Positions 7,343 to 16,688 of a DNA stretch of 44,197 nt are shown piece after piece. The notes under the pieces are model-generated. The model did no database searches and was not told where the DNA came from. It was given only the letters and a program-made list of their open reading frames with translations. The stretch is from a virus (taxonomy: Duplodnaviria > Caudoviricetes). Each line of letters starts with the position of its first letter. The stretch's first letter is position 1. Both the position numbers and the translations under genes were made by a program. The DNA is taken from the IMG/VR virus record IMGVR_UViG_3300024249_000002, positions 1 through 44,197 of that record; one strand, written 5' to 3'.

Positions 7343-9952
7343 TCACTTTCCGTCCTCCACGCCGTCCATGGGACCGGTCCAAACAACCCAGCGTGATCGG
7401 CCTTCACCGTCCTCCGTGCGCCTGCATGTGTTGTATGTGCGTCCACCGGTATCCTCCGTTTCAATCCACCGGTGGTGTCGCCAGTCCTGCATGACGTGGC
7501 GGTACGTTTTCCGGTGCGTCCGACACAGCGCCTTGAGTTCCGTGGGGACGATCAGGAGTTCGCGGAACGTCCCGTCCACGTTGAACACCCGGACGCCGAA
7601 CCGCTGACGGACCGGGTCCGTGGACGTGACGTGGAACGCGCCTAGCAAGTTCGCCTCCGCTCGTGGCCAGGCGTCCGGCCTGGACCTAACCCAGTCCGTC
7701 AGGACGCCGGCCATGTACGTGGAGGCGGACTCCACGGCGCTGGCCTCCGGTGCTAAGTCGTCCTCGAACATGTCGAGTGACTCTGACTGCCTAGGCGCGA
7801 AGTCATATTGCGCGATCGCATATTCCTCCACGAGCGCCAGGAACGCGCGGTATTCAACCTGACGGCGCTCCACGTTGCTCGTGACGCCTTCGGACAACTT
7901 CGTGTGTATCGCCGCGAGGCGCGCGCGCATGGCCGCCCACCGGTCCGCGTCCGCCGCCACGAGGCGCCCGATCCAGTCCGCGCCAAGCTGGCCGGCGTTT
8001 GCTTCGCACGTGCGGATCAGTGCGTGTATGTCCTGGCTGCGACCGTCCAGGGATCCCCACCCGTCCACGCACAGATCCAGGATCCGCGCTTGTGCGCCGG
8101 TGGCCATCGTCTCGTCCGCGAGGCCCGTTTCACCGTTGGACAACACGATCGTTCGCCACGTCTGCGCCCGGCGCACCGTGGAGTCACGCGTCATGCGTCC
8201 ACGGCCTTCACCGTTGACGAGCGTGTAAATCAGGCGCTGGACGGTCTCGATTGTGGACGCGCCCACCTCGTCATAACACAGCGGCAGGTCACACAAGATG
8301 GCCGCGCGGTGTTCCGCGGCGTTCGCGGTGGTGTTCCAACTGGACAGCCACGCCGGGTTGCGCGGGTCCCCGTATACACTCGAGATGCATTGCAGCATGG
8401 TTGACTTCCCTCGTGACGTGTCTCCGTACAAGTGCACAGCAAACGATCGTTGGTTGAGTGGTCCGAGCAACGGCGCGGCCAGCGCGGCGCAGATCCCCAC
8501 CCGGACGATCGGGGACGCCGCCCACACGGCGCGGAGCGCCACGAGGTGAGCGTCCAGGGACCCGCGCGGCGTCAGCGCCTCGCGTAGCTGGACCGCGAGA
8601 TCACCGCCCACCACGAAGTCCGCGGCGTCGTCCTGTGTCGTGACGTCGTCCGATACGAAGGCCACGCCGGGCGCGCCCGGTGCACCGATCCAACCGGTCC
8701 GAGTCACGAGGCGGGACACGCGCAACACGTTGTGATTCACCCGTTCAAAATCGAGGAACCACGCCATGAGCGCGCGTGTATGTCCGGCATGCATGGGCGC
8801 GCCCATGGGTGCGAGTTCCGTCACCATGGTCCGCGCGTCCATGAGCGCCTTGCGGGACGCCTGCAACGCCGCCCATGTCCCGCGCGTCGTGCGCCACACG
8901 AGGTCCGCCCGGTGTTCCCCGGAGGACACGTCCACGTAAACGCGTGTGATCAGGATCGGCGCGTGTGCAACCTCGACGGTCCGATCGCCAGTGTGTGACG
9001 TCACCCGGCCGGAGTCGTGGATCTGATAGCCACGAGGAACCACGAGGCCGGCCGGCACCGGCGCCGCGGCATAGCCTGTCAGCTCCGTGACGGGTGTTTC
9101 TGCGCCAGCGGCTGGATCATTGGGTGACAGGTCCTGTGCACTGCTAAGCAGGTCCCGCAACGCCTCGGACCCGTGGACCGCGAACCAGTCGTCAATGCCT
9201 TTGGCGGGTTGAAAGTCAGGCGGCGTCACGAAGCAAACGGACGCGGCGCCGGCGTCTAACAGCGCTTGCGCCAGGCAACGCGCGGCGCGCATGACGTCGC
9301 CTTTCGTCCGCGCGTCCTGATCCCACACGATCACGATACGACGATCCTGGATCGTGACGTGTCGTGTGATCAGTGGGTGCAAATGCCAGGCGCCGTCCTC
9401 CTTACGCCGGGCGGCGTCCGACCAGTTCCACACGCCTGTCAGTCCAACACACGCGTATCCTTCCTGATCTAACACTAAGGCTTTTTTCTCGCCTTCGGTT
9501 AGGTAGAGGTTTTCGACTACATCACGATACGCGTCACGGGCGCGCGCGCGCGGTGGGTAATAAACCATCACGCCTACGCCGGCCGGTTGATCGTACTTCA
9601 CCGGCCGCGCCTTTTGCTTGCGCGGGAAGTCCGGGCGAACGCGGTAGCCATACGGCGTCAGCGCGCCAGGTTCAAAGAACGGAAACGCGATCGCGGGTCC
9701 CACGGCCAGGTTGCGCGATCGGCCTAGCAGGCGTTCGTATTCACCGTGTTGTGTCACGGTCCATAGTTGCGCCGCGGCCGCGGACTCGCTACTAATGCCG
9801 CATGCCGACATAACCGCAACGTGTTCTGGAGTTAGACACAGCTCCGTAGGGAGCGGCGGAGGCGAATACGGCGCGGAGGTTGCGAGTCCTCCGCGCCGTT
9901 TGTTTTTCGCCGAAGTGATGGGAGTTACGTCACCACTTGTTTGCTCCGTCAT
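7343..9952 (-). CDS. Primase-helicase (DUF3854-type TOPRIM + DUF927 + P-loop helicase)
   Basis: KYDQP, TEGEKKA, WDQD, KGIDD TOPRIM motifs; G.TSRGKST Walker A, CYDE Walker B, GRGR, W...LSNGE. Confidence 0.9.
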   Translation of the reverse strand: MTEQTSGDVTPITSAKNKRRGGLATSAPYSPPPLPTELCLTPEHVAVMSACGISSESAAAAQLWTVTQHGEYERLLGRSRNLAVGPAIAFPFFEPGALTPYGYRVRPDFPRKQKARPVKYDQPAGVGVMVYYPPRARARDAYRDVVENLYLTEGEKKALVLDQEGYACVGLTGVWNWSDAARRKEDGAWHLHPLITRHVTIQDRRIVIVWDQDARTKGDVMRAARCLAQALLDAGAASVCFVTPPDFQPAKGIDDWFAVHGSEALRDLLSSAQDLSPNDPAAGAETPVTELTGYAAAPVPAGLVVPRGYQIHDSGRVTSHTGDRTVEVAHAPILITRVYVDVSSGEHRADLVWRTTRGTWAALQASRKALMDARTMVTELAPMGAPMHAGHTRALMAWFLDFERVNHNVLRVSRLVTRTGWIGAPGAPGVAFVSDDVTTQDDAADFVVGGDLAVQLREALTPRGSLDAHLVALRAVWAASPIVRVGICAALAAPLLGPLNQRSFAVHLYGDTSRGKSTMLQCISSVYGDPRNPAWLSSWNTTANAAEHRAAILCDLPLCYDEVGASTIETVQRLIYTLVNGEGRGRMTRDSTVRRAQTWRTIVLSNGETGLADETMATGAQARILDLCVDGWGSLDGRSQDIHALIRTCEANAGQLGADWIGRLVAADADRWAAMRARLAAIHTKLSEGVTSNVERRQVEYRAFLALVEEYAIAQYDFAPRQSESLDMFEDDLAPEASAVESASTYMAGVLTDWVRSRPDAWPRAEANLLGAFHVTSTDPVRQRFGVRVFNVDGTFRELLIVPTELKALCRTHRKTYRHVMQDWRHHRWIETEDTGGRTYNTCRRTEDGEGRSRWVVWTGPMDGVEDGK

Positions 9953-10386
9953 GTTCCTATCGGTTCACCGTAGTCATGTTGCTTGGCGAGTCCGATCGGT
10001 GTGGGCGCCGGAACGGGAGGCGGAACCGGCAACAGGTTCGTTTGACGGTCCGCGGACGTAAGCGGACGTTGCGCCAGGACTTCGCCAGTGTCGTCCCGTA
10101 CACACGTCGTTATGCCGGTCCCGTAGTCAGCGGTCCATGTGCATTGCACCATACGCTTTTCCGTGCCGGACTCTATGACGTGTGCGAGGACGCGCCGGCG
10201 TTCGCGCAAGTCAGCAATCTGTCCGTTTAGGCCTTTGCGCTGTGACTCTAGGCCTTCGATCTCGACTTCCGCCGCGGCCATCTCGTCACCACGAGCAAGC
10301 GCCTCCGCCTCAGTGAGCGTGCATTCGAGTTCGCGTTGCTCGTGTTCGATCTCGACAGCTGGCTTGTTTGTCGGTTTGCGCGCCAT
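9949..10386 (-). CDS. Hypothetical coiled-coil protein
   Basis: 145 aa; ATGA overlap with primase. Confidence 0.75.
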   Translation of the reverse strand: MARKPTNKPAVEIEHEQRELECTLTEAEALARGDEMAAAEVEIEGLESQRKGLNGQIADLRERRRVLAHVIESGTEKRMVQCTWTADYGTGITTCVRDDTGEVLAQRPLTSADRQTNLLPVPPPVPAPTPIGLAKQHDYGEPIGT

Positions 10387-10390
10387 GGGA

Positions 10391-10861
10391 TCAACCTTTC
10401 CCGTTCGCGCTGACGGCCTCGTGTGCGCTGGCGCGGCCGCGGCCGGTGCTGGCGGTGGCGACTTGTGGCGGAGGCGGAGGCGGCAACCGTGGCCGCGGTC
10501 CCGGTCTGCCCCGTTCAGGTACGCCGGGTGGTTGTGTGGTGGCTACGGTGGCTGATTGTGTTGCCTTACGGTCTCTAGAGTTCTTTCTCGGTTCCGTCCC
10601 TACACTGGCCGGTTGCCCACGAGTGGGACGTATCACGGCCGGTGGCGCTGGCGGAGGCGGCGGAGGTGGTTGCGTCCCGGCCAGGACGGGGACCGTCACC
10701 TGGCCGCCTGTCATGTATCGGATCTTGTCCGCGATAGCGCCGGACGCTGATCCTCCTTTCTTTGCAATGCGTAACAGCGTGGGATACGAGATCCCCCATG
10801 CCTCCGCACATTGACGAATAGACGTGTTGACTCGGTTTGCCCAATCTTGGAGGTTTTCCAT
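10391..10861 (-). CDS. Cro-like HTH protein with Pro-rich tail
   Basis: SIRQCAEAWGISYPTLLRI HTH and I...TGGQV motif; divergent from repressor; start ATG 10861 or 10876. Confidence 0.7.
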   Translation of the reverse strand: MENLQDWANRVNTSIRQCAEAWGISYPTLLRIAKKGGSASGAIADKIRYMTGGQVTVPVLAGTQPPPPPPPAPPAVIRPTRGQPASVGTEPRKNSRDRKATQSATVATTQPPGVPERGRPGPRPRLPPPPPPQVATASTGRGRASAHEAVSANGKG

Positions 10862-10868
10862 GACCTCC

Positions 10869-10897
10869 GGTATCATCGTACATTACGCGTAAGTCAA
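10869..10897 (-). promoter_or_regulatory. Sigma70-like promoter for the cro operon (TTGACT-17-GATACC)
   Basis: Lambda PR/PL-like hexamers with 17-nt spacer containing the palindrome TTACGCGTAA. Confidence 0.55.
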
Positions 10898-10913
10898 CCC
10901 GCGCCACCTGGCG

Positions 10914-10930
10914 CAACGCATTTTGCGTTG
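10914..10930. promoter_or_regulatory. Putative operator CAACGCA-ttt-TGCGTTG
   Basis: 7-bp inverted repeat in the cro/cI intergenic region. Confidence 0.45.
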
Positions 10931-10969
10931 GACGATTTTATACTTCGGGGCGTAGTCTCCGCCGTAACC

Positions 10970-11593
10970 ATGCCAATGGATGAACTACCGCCAGTAAATC
11001 ACCCGCTGGAACATGAGACGCTTCAGCGGCGGATCCGGGCGCTATACATAGCCAAAGGCTACACGCGCATGTCGTTCGCAAAGGCAACGGGCATTGGTTA
11101 CAACGTGATCTGTACGTGGGACTCGGAAGCACACGTTCCGTTGCTTCGCCAGCTGATCAAGGTGTCAACTGTGTTGGACACCTCGCTGGACGATCTCGTG
11201 CATGGGCGCAAAGGCCGGCCAGCATATTCCCCGGGACCGCTGGCGGACGAGGTTGTCCGCGAAGTCCTGGACGCAATGCGAGCCACGCCAGCGCAACGCG
11301 CGGCCGTAGGCGAACACTTGACGTCACCCGCTGCGCGGTATCAACAAGTCACGCGCGAATACGTTCAACGGTACGCGCAAGTGTACGGTGATCAGTTAGC
11401 GGCCGGCGCAACCACGAAGCGCGCCGCGGACGTGGCCTTTGCGGAAGCCGTCAACATGCGAGCGCTGACGGCCGCGGCCACGTCCCCGTCACCCACCGTC
11501 AACGGTGCCAGTGCGAGTCCGAAACGTGAACGAACAACGCGCGCACGGAAACGAACGCCGCCTCCACGGCGTGGACCTGACACACGATCGTAA
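10970..11593 (+). CDS. XRE-family CI-like repressor
   Basis: RIRAL..AKGYT...FAKATGI...I..W...P....LIKVS.VL.TSLDDLV HTH_3 pattern; start re-assigned to ATG 10970. Confidence 0.8.
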   Translation: MPMDELPPVNHPLEHETLQRRIRALYIAKGYTRMSFAKATGIGYNVICTWDSEAHVPLLRQLIKVSTVLDTSLDDLVHGRKGRPAYSPGPLADEVVREVLDAMRATPAQRAAVGEHLTSPAARYQQVTREYVQRYAQVYGDQLAAGATTKRAADVAFAEAVNMRALTAAATSPSPTVNGASASPKRERTTRARKRTPPPRRGPDTRS

Positions 11594-11852
11594 GCGCCCG
11601 GCGTTGATCTTCGCGCGTTGACGCCGGGTTGAACCGGACCACCGTGCGCCCGGCCACAAGAGCGTCGTCCAGCTCCGCGTCCTCCGGCGCCAGGTATAGG
11701 CCTAGTTTCTGCGCCCATACTTCCGGATCTTGTTGGACTCGTGGCGGCGCCGGCATGGGTGGCGTGTAGCCATGCACAACCTCCGCGCGGAGCGTGGCTA
11801 GTGCACGCCCGAACGCAAACATGAAGTCGGCACGCTTGTCCCGTTCGCTCAT
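11499..11852 (-). CDS. Hypothetical protein convergent on the repressor
   Basis: AAGGAGG RBS before ATG 11852; overlaps repressor 3' end. Confidence 0.5.
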   Translation of the reverse strand: MSERDKRADFMFAFGRALATLRAEVVHGYTPPMPAPPRVQQDPEVWAQKLGLYLAPEDAELDDALVAGRTVVRFNPASTREDQRRALTIVCQVHAVEAAFVSVRALFVHVSDSHWHR

Positions 11853-11956
11853 GAGTCCCTCCTTATGCGTCACAGTGGGACGATCGTGATCGCATTGGCG
11901 GGTCAAGATCGCAAGCCCGATTTGCGACACCTTGTTATTGCAAGCTGTATACGACG

Positions 11957-11973
11957 CGCGATATATCACGCGC
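11957..11973. promoter_or_regulatory. 17-bp motif CGCGATATATCACGCGC, copy 2
   Basis: Immediately precedes ATG 11974 of the early operon. Confidence 0.5.
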
Positions 11974-13014
11974 ATGGTAACGACAGGATGGCGTCACCAA
12001 ACATACGGGACCGTTGCGGACCCGATCCACAAGTCGCATTTGAATGTGTTTGCGGGACCTTATGGGTGTCCGCGCAAGTTCGAACTCGACAGGCAATACA
12101 CGGAAGATGATACATCATCCGTAAGTCACACGGCCGCGCTTGGCACCGCAACGCACGGCCTATTAGCGGCATATCTGACGTTAGGGGAAACGCCGCCACC
12201 TGACGTGTCCGCTGTGACTCGCGCGCTCATGACGTGGCTAGGTGAGCTGGCCGCGGAAGTTGACCCGGACGACGTCCGCGAACGCGCGGAAATGATTCTA
12301 GGCCTGTATGCGCACGGGTTGCCGCGTCACGTTCGGCGGGTGGTTGCCGTGGAGGCGGCGTTCATTGCGCCGTTTGACGAGTATTGGTTGTCAGGCCATG
12401 TGGACCTTGTATACGAACCACTTACCGGTCCCAGGACACTAGCCATTGCAGACTGGAAAACGGGCGCACAGAAACCGCACGCGATCGATCTGGATCACGG
12501 GTGGGAGGCCGGCGTGTACTCCGCGGCGCTCCGGCACGGAACCTTCGTTCCACACAACGGCCGGACCCGGGCGGAGTTAGAAGCGATCCTAATCGCGCGC
12601 GCTCGCGCCGGTGGCCTGACGCCTACCTACGGCGTTATGCCTTCCGAGATATATCACGTTCACCTGGCGGATTATGTCCCGTACCGGAAGGCCGGGAGCA
12701 AGGTCGTAACGCGCCCGGAGGACTTGCGCGCGTTCGGTTACTCGGAACCAACCAAGCACGCCTACAAGGCTGGACAGATCCGCGGAGGCGCGTGGATACC
12801 TGTCAGACTAACAGAGCACGACTTGCCGCGATGCAAGGCGCGCTTGCGCCAGGTGGTGGGGACTATACGCATGGGACGCATGTACGATCGGCCAGGCGTG
12901 CATTGCACATGGTGTCGGCACATGACGCCGTGTTTGAACTCAGGTTACGCGGAGCACACGGCCGCGGAACGCAAGTATCTATTGAACCTGTTACGGGAGG
13001 ACTCGAACACATGA
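11974..13014 (+). CDS. PD-(D/E)XK nuclease (RecB/Cas4-like exonuclease)
   Basis: CPRKF, GT..H, VE..F, G.VDLV, DWKTG and C-terminal CTWC....C; four Cys consistent with an Fe-S staple. Confidence 0.85.
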   Translation: MVTTGWRHQTYGTVADPIHKSHLNVFAGPYGCPRKFELDRQYTEDDTSSVSHTAALGTATHGLLAAYLTLGETPPPDVSAVTRALMTWLGELAAEVDPDDVRERAEMILGLYAHGLPRHVRRVVAVEAAFIAPFDEYWLSGHVDLVYEPLTGPRTLAIADWKTGAQKPHAIDLDHGWEAGVYSAALRHGTFVPHNGRTRAELEAILIARARAGGLTPTYGVMPSEIYHVHLADYVPYRKAGSKVVTRPEDLRAFGYSEPTKHAYKAGQIRGGAWIPVRLTEHDLPRCKARLRQVVGTIRMGRMYDRPGVHCTWCRHMTPCLNSGYAEHTAAERKYLLNLLREDSNT

Positions 13015-13853
13015 CAACAGAACAAGCACACGACGCATTGGCACTGACTCCGGAGGACGTGACGGCCGCGCTGGCGGAGGCCGGGATCACGGTGGGTGAT
13101 GGATACGACGGTTATAGCGCGTCACAGGACGGGATCAGGATCCCGCGCCTGTTATACAACCGGACCGGTACGGACGCGTATGGCCAACGGATCCGCGTGG
13201 ACATGTTTTGGAATAACGTGATGAACACGACGGTCCCGATCGTGGACGCGATCCTCGTGATGGAACACCGGACGCGCGCGTGGTTTGAATGGAACGACGC
13301 GGAGGAACGCAATGATTATCTTTGCTCGTCCGGGGACGCTGTCACCGGCCACCGGGAGGACACGGGCGCGGCGCGCGCTTGTAAGACTTGTCCGGACGCC
13401 AAGTGGTCTAAGAACCCTAAAGGCAAGCGTTCTGTTAGGTGTACTGACATACGCACAGTGTTAGGTCTAGACCTCGCCACCGGGGAACCGTTCCTGTTGC
13501 GGTTTCAAAAGTCGTCCGCGAAAGTGATCCGCACGCACACGGAACGTCACCACGACGGCAAGCTACGCGGACCGGACGGCAAACGATACAATACGCCTCT
13601 ATACGCATACGCCGTTCGTCTCGGATTGCAGCTGTCCGAAAACGAAAAGTACGCGGTCCCCACGATCCACGTGACGCGTATCGTGACGCCGGACGAGGCT
13701 AAGTTGTGTCGTGAAACGTTAGTTGCGTTGCGCCCGGAAGTGGAGCGCGCCACGGCGGACCGTGACGTGGACTCCGTGGACGCGGAGGACGTGGGCGGCG
13801 CTGGCGGTGGTGCCGGTGACGGTGACGCCAGCTTCAACCCGGACGAGTTCTAG
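13011..13853 (+). CDS. Putative ssDNA-binding/annealing protein
   Basis: Real start ATG 13011 after GGGAGG; CSS.D...C..CP...C motif; acidic tail ending DASFNPDEF; lies between exonuclease and helicase. Confidence 0.6.
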   Translation: MTTEQAHDALALTPEDVTAALAEAGITVGDGYDGYSASQDGIRIPRLLYNRTGTDAYGQRIRVDMFWNNVMNTTVPIVDAILVMEHRTRAWFEWNDAEERNDYLCSSGDAVTGHREDTGAARACKTCPDAKWSKNPKGKRSVRCTDIRTVLGLDLATGEPFLLRFQKSSAKVIRTHTERHHDGKLRGPDGKRYNTPLYAYAVRLGLQLSENEKYAVPTIHVTRIVTPDEAKLCRETLVALRPEVERATADRDVDSVDAEDVGGAGGGAGDGDASFNPDEF

Positions 13854-13856
13854 ACC

Positions 13857-14816
13857 ATGCCGCGCGTCGTGGGTGAACTCGAGTCGTGGACCGCCTACGG
13901 CGCGCGCGGATGGGGACGCGGGACGTTGCGGGTGGGCGTGGTGGGCGGCGCGGCCGGCGCGCCCGGTGGGGACACGTTGACGATCGTGGGCGTGATCCCT
14001 GGCGCGCGTCCCGGGGACTACGTGGACGCGTGGGGGGATCACGAGTCACACGCGAAGTACGGGGATCAGTTCGTGGTTGAACGCGCCAGCTTGTCCGCGC
14101 CGCAATCCTCGGACGCGGTGGTTGCGTGGCTTGTGGCGACGTTGCCGAACGTAGGCGACAGGCGCGCGCGGCAACTTGTGGCGCGGTTCGGGGACGACTT
14201 GTGGCGCGTCGTGGAGCACGAACACGAGCGCCTAACCACCGTGGACGGGATCTCCCGGGACCGTGCCGTGGAGATCCGCGCCGCGTACCTGGCGGCCAGT
14301 GGGGACCGTGAGGCGCAAGTTGTATTGCGTGCATGGGGACTGACGACGTCACAGATCGGCCGGTGCGTGGAGCACTGGTTCACGGCGGACGCGGCCGTCC
14401 ACGCGATACGTCAGGACCCGTACGCGCTGGCGCGCCACGTGGACGGGTTCGGATGGAAGCGCGCGGACGAGGTGGCGCGCGCTTCCGGGTTGCCGGCCAG
14501 TGCGCCCACCCGGGTTGCGGCCGCGATCGATCACGCGCTGGCGGAAGCGTTGCAGGCTGGCCACGTGAGTATGCGGCCGGGTTACTTCCGGGTTGCCGTG
14601 GAGGCATTGCTCGGACCGGAGGTGGCGCGCCCGGACGTCATGCGAGGTATCGCCACGGCGCTCCGCGTGGGACGCGTCGTCAAGCGCGGCGCCCGTGTGT
14701 ACCTGGCGCGCGCGGACAGGGACGAGGACAGGTTAGCAGGGTTGATTGCACACAGGTTAGGCGGTCGGACGCCGGAGGACACAACGTATGACACAACGCC
14801 CGCTAGTAGTGATTGA
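13857..14816 (+). CDS. RecD2-like helicase, N-terminal part (OB fold + HhH repeats)
   Basis: H.KYG.QF, LPNVG..RA..LV..FG, V.GIS, I..DPY.L...VDGFGWKRAD..A, R..AAI..AL....GH. Confidence 0.85.
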   Translation: MPRVVGELESWTAYGARGWGRGTLRVGVVGGAAGAPGGDTLTIVGVIPGARPGDYVDAWGDHESHAKYGDQFVVERASLSAPQSSDAVVAWLVATLPNVGDRRARQLVARFGDDLWRVVEHEHERLTTVDGISRDRAVEIRAAYLAASGDREAQVVLRAWGLTTSQIGRCVEHWFTADAAVHAIRQDPYALARHVDGFGWKRADEVARASGLPASAPTRVAAAIDHALAEALQAGHVSMRPGYFRVAVEALLGPEVARPDVMRGIATALRVGRVVKRGARVYLARADRDEDRLAGLIAHRLGGRTPEDTTYDTTPASSD

Positions 14817-15261
14817 GTCGCCATACAAGGGCCACCCACCTGCATGGGTGCCATGGCCTATGCGTGAGGTGGTTGCGCGCGCAATCGAGCTAGGTAACCG
14901 CGAATACGCCATGCGCTGTGTATTGGATTCATTGTCACGAGGTGAAGCTCCGTATGCGTCGCATGTGTTCTTTACGATGAACGGGTTACTCCGGGACCAC
15001 ATACCGCACGAACGCGACGTAGGTATGGAGGTGGGATTCAGGTGGGGACACCACGCTGACTTGCGCGTGTTCTATTGCGATCGGGGGATCTCGGATGGCA
15101 TGCGGTTAGCACGGCTGCGCATGCCACAATCTCAGGGTCTGGAATACAGATACATCATGCGTACGGGTGACGCGGTTCCCCGGTGCGTCAACTTGGAGTG
15201 TAAGCGCGTGTTGCCAATGGAGGAACCAAGGTGTCCAACGTGTCTAACCTGGCGCAAGTGA
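14788..15261 (+). CDS. Conserved phage protein (VVIESPY...GEAPYASH...GIS.GM; nucleoside deoxyribosyltransferase-like fold) with C-terminal Cys cluster
   Basis: Motif pattern; GGAGG RBS; C....C...C..C tail. Confidence 0.7.
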   Translation: MTQRPLVVIESPYKGHPPAWVPWPMREVVARAIELGNREYAMRCVLDSLSRGEAPYASHVFFTMNGLLRDHIPHERDVGMEVGFRWGHHADLRVFYCDRGISDGMRLARLRMPQSQGLEYRYIMRTGDAVPRCVNLECKRVLPMEEPRCPTCLTWRK

Positions 15262-15482
15262 TCACACGGTTGAACGAGGTAGACGCAACCGTTCGCCTAC
15301 ACCTTGCGATCTCGATTCTGCATGGTGTGGCGACGGTTCCAACGGACCGTCCGGACGTCGCGATCGCTCGGATGATCCGCGCGCGCGTGATCGTGGCGGA
15401 CGTCAGCGCCGCGTTGCTCCGCGCGATCGTGGACCTCGATTCCGCGTCACCGGAACCACCTCCATACAACGGTCCAACATGA
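15231..15482 (+). CDS. Hypothetical protein
   Basis: GTG start after GGAGG; ATGA overlap with the helicase. Confidence 0.6.
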   Translation: MSNVSNLAQVITRLNEVDATVRLHLAISILHGVATVPTDRPDVAIARMIRARVIVADVSAALLRAIVDLDSASPEPPPYNGPT

Positions 15483-16684
15483 CGAGCGCCGGCGCGCGTT
15501 CCGCGCTTGTTTTCTCGCTAGATCCTTCGCAGCAACGCGGCGTGGATTTAGTGCTCCGCGCGCGGTTCGGCGCGCTGACGGGACCTCCGGGATCAGGCAA
15601 AACGACAACGCTATGCGCGGCGCTAGATGCATGCGACGCGCGCGGGATCACGTACGCGCTGGCCGCGCCCACCGGCAAGGCAGCGCGGCGCATGACACAA
15701 CTAACATCACGTCCAGCGTGCACGCTGCATCGCTTGCTTGAGTGGCGCGGTGGCGTGTTCACTCGGAACGAGGACGCGCCGCTGGACGCGGACGTTGTGA
15801 TCGTGGACGAGGCCAGCATGATTGATTACGCGCTAGGCCAGGCGTTGCTAGCGGGGACACAGCGGAGTCGTTTGATCCTTGTGGGTGACGCGGATCAACT
15901 TCCGCCGATCGGTGTGGGACGCATGTTCGGAGACCTCGTGGAGGCGGAGGTTGTTCCCACTGTCAGACTAACAACCCAACACCGCGCGGCCGCGGAGTCG
16001 TGGGTTGCTCGCAACGCACCACTGATCAACGCCGGCCAGTGGCCGGAACTCGTGGAGTGCAAAGGGTTCCGGCATGTGCTTGTGGAGGCGGCCGCGGACA
16101 TAGTGCCGGCCGTGTCGGACGTTGCGCGCGGGGACAGGGACGTGGTTGTCCTCGCACCACAGTATGCCGGCGCGGCCGGGTGTGACGCCTTGAACACGAC
16201 ACTGGACGCGCTTCTAAACCCGTGTGCGCTAACCGAGTACGTGACGCGCCATGGCGTACGCCGCGGCGCGCGTGTGATCCAAACGGTGAACAACTATCGC
16301 TTGGAAGTCATGAACGGACAGATCGGCGTGGTGGAAGCGATTGACTCCACGGGCGCACATGTTGTGTTTGACGACGATAACAAACATGTTATGTATGCAA
16401 GCGCTGACGTTAGCGCATTACGTCTAGCGTATGCGCTGACGGTACACAAAACACAGGGATCCGAGTTCCCTCACGTATGCGTCGTGTGTCATTCGACACA
16501 TACGCACATGTTGTCTAGGTCGCTGATTTACACCGCTGTGACCCGCGCCCGTGCACACGTGACGCTCGTGGGTGACATGGTGGGGTTAGAGCGGGCGCTA
16601 CGTACCAACGCCGCCCGGCGCGAAACAAGTTTAGTTGAACGCTTGACAGGTGGCCTTCCGGCCGCGGAGGTGGCGGACGGTTGA
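15479..16684 (+). CDS. RecD2-like SF1B helicase core
   Basis: GPPGSGKTT, APTGKAA, TLHRLL, DEASM, GDADQLPP, NG..G, YALTVHKTQGSE, YTAVTRA. Confidence 0.92.
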   Translation: MTSAGARSALVFSLDPSQQRGVDLVLRARFGALTGPPGSGKTTTLCAALDACDARGITYALAAPTGKAARRMTQLTSRPACTLHRLLEWRGGVFTRNEDAPLDADVVIVDEASMIDYALGQALLAGTQRSRLILVGDADQLPPIGVGRMFGDLVEAEVVPTVRLTTQHRAAAESWVARNAPLINAGQWPELVECKGFRHVLVEAAADIVPAVSDVARGDRDVVVLAPQYAGAAGCDALNTTLDALLNPCALTEYVTRHGVRRGARVIQTVNNYRLEVMNGQIGVVEAIDSTGAHVVFDDDNKHVMYASADVSALRLAYALTVHKTQGSEFPHVCVVCHSTHTHMLSRSLIYTAVTRARAHVTLVGDMVGLERALRTNAARRETSLVERLTGGLPAAEVADG

Positions 16685-16688
16685 ACGA

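Noticed and set aside
12384-13010. N-terminal 209 aa of the 489-aa ORF-track call
   Set aside because: Overlaps the nuclease in another frame; RBS-supported start is at 13011
11974-13014. Calling the nuclease a true CRISPR Cas4
   Set aside because: Stand-alone PD-(D/E)XK exonucleases are routine in phage recombination modules and no cas1 is present
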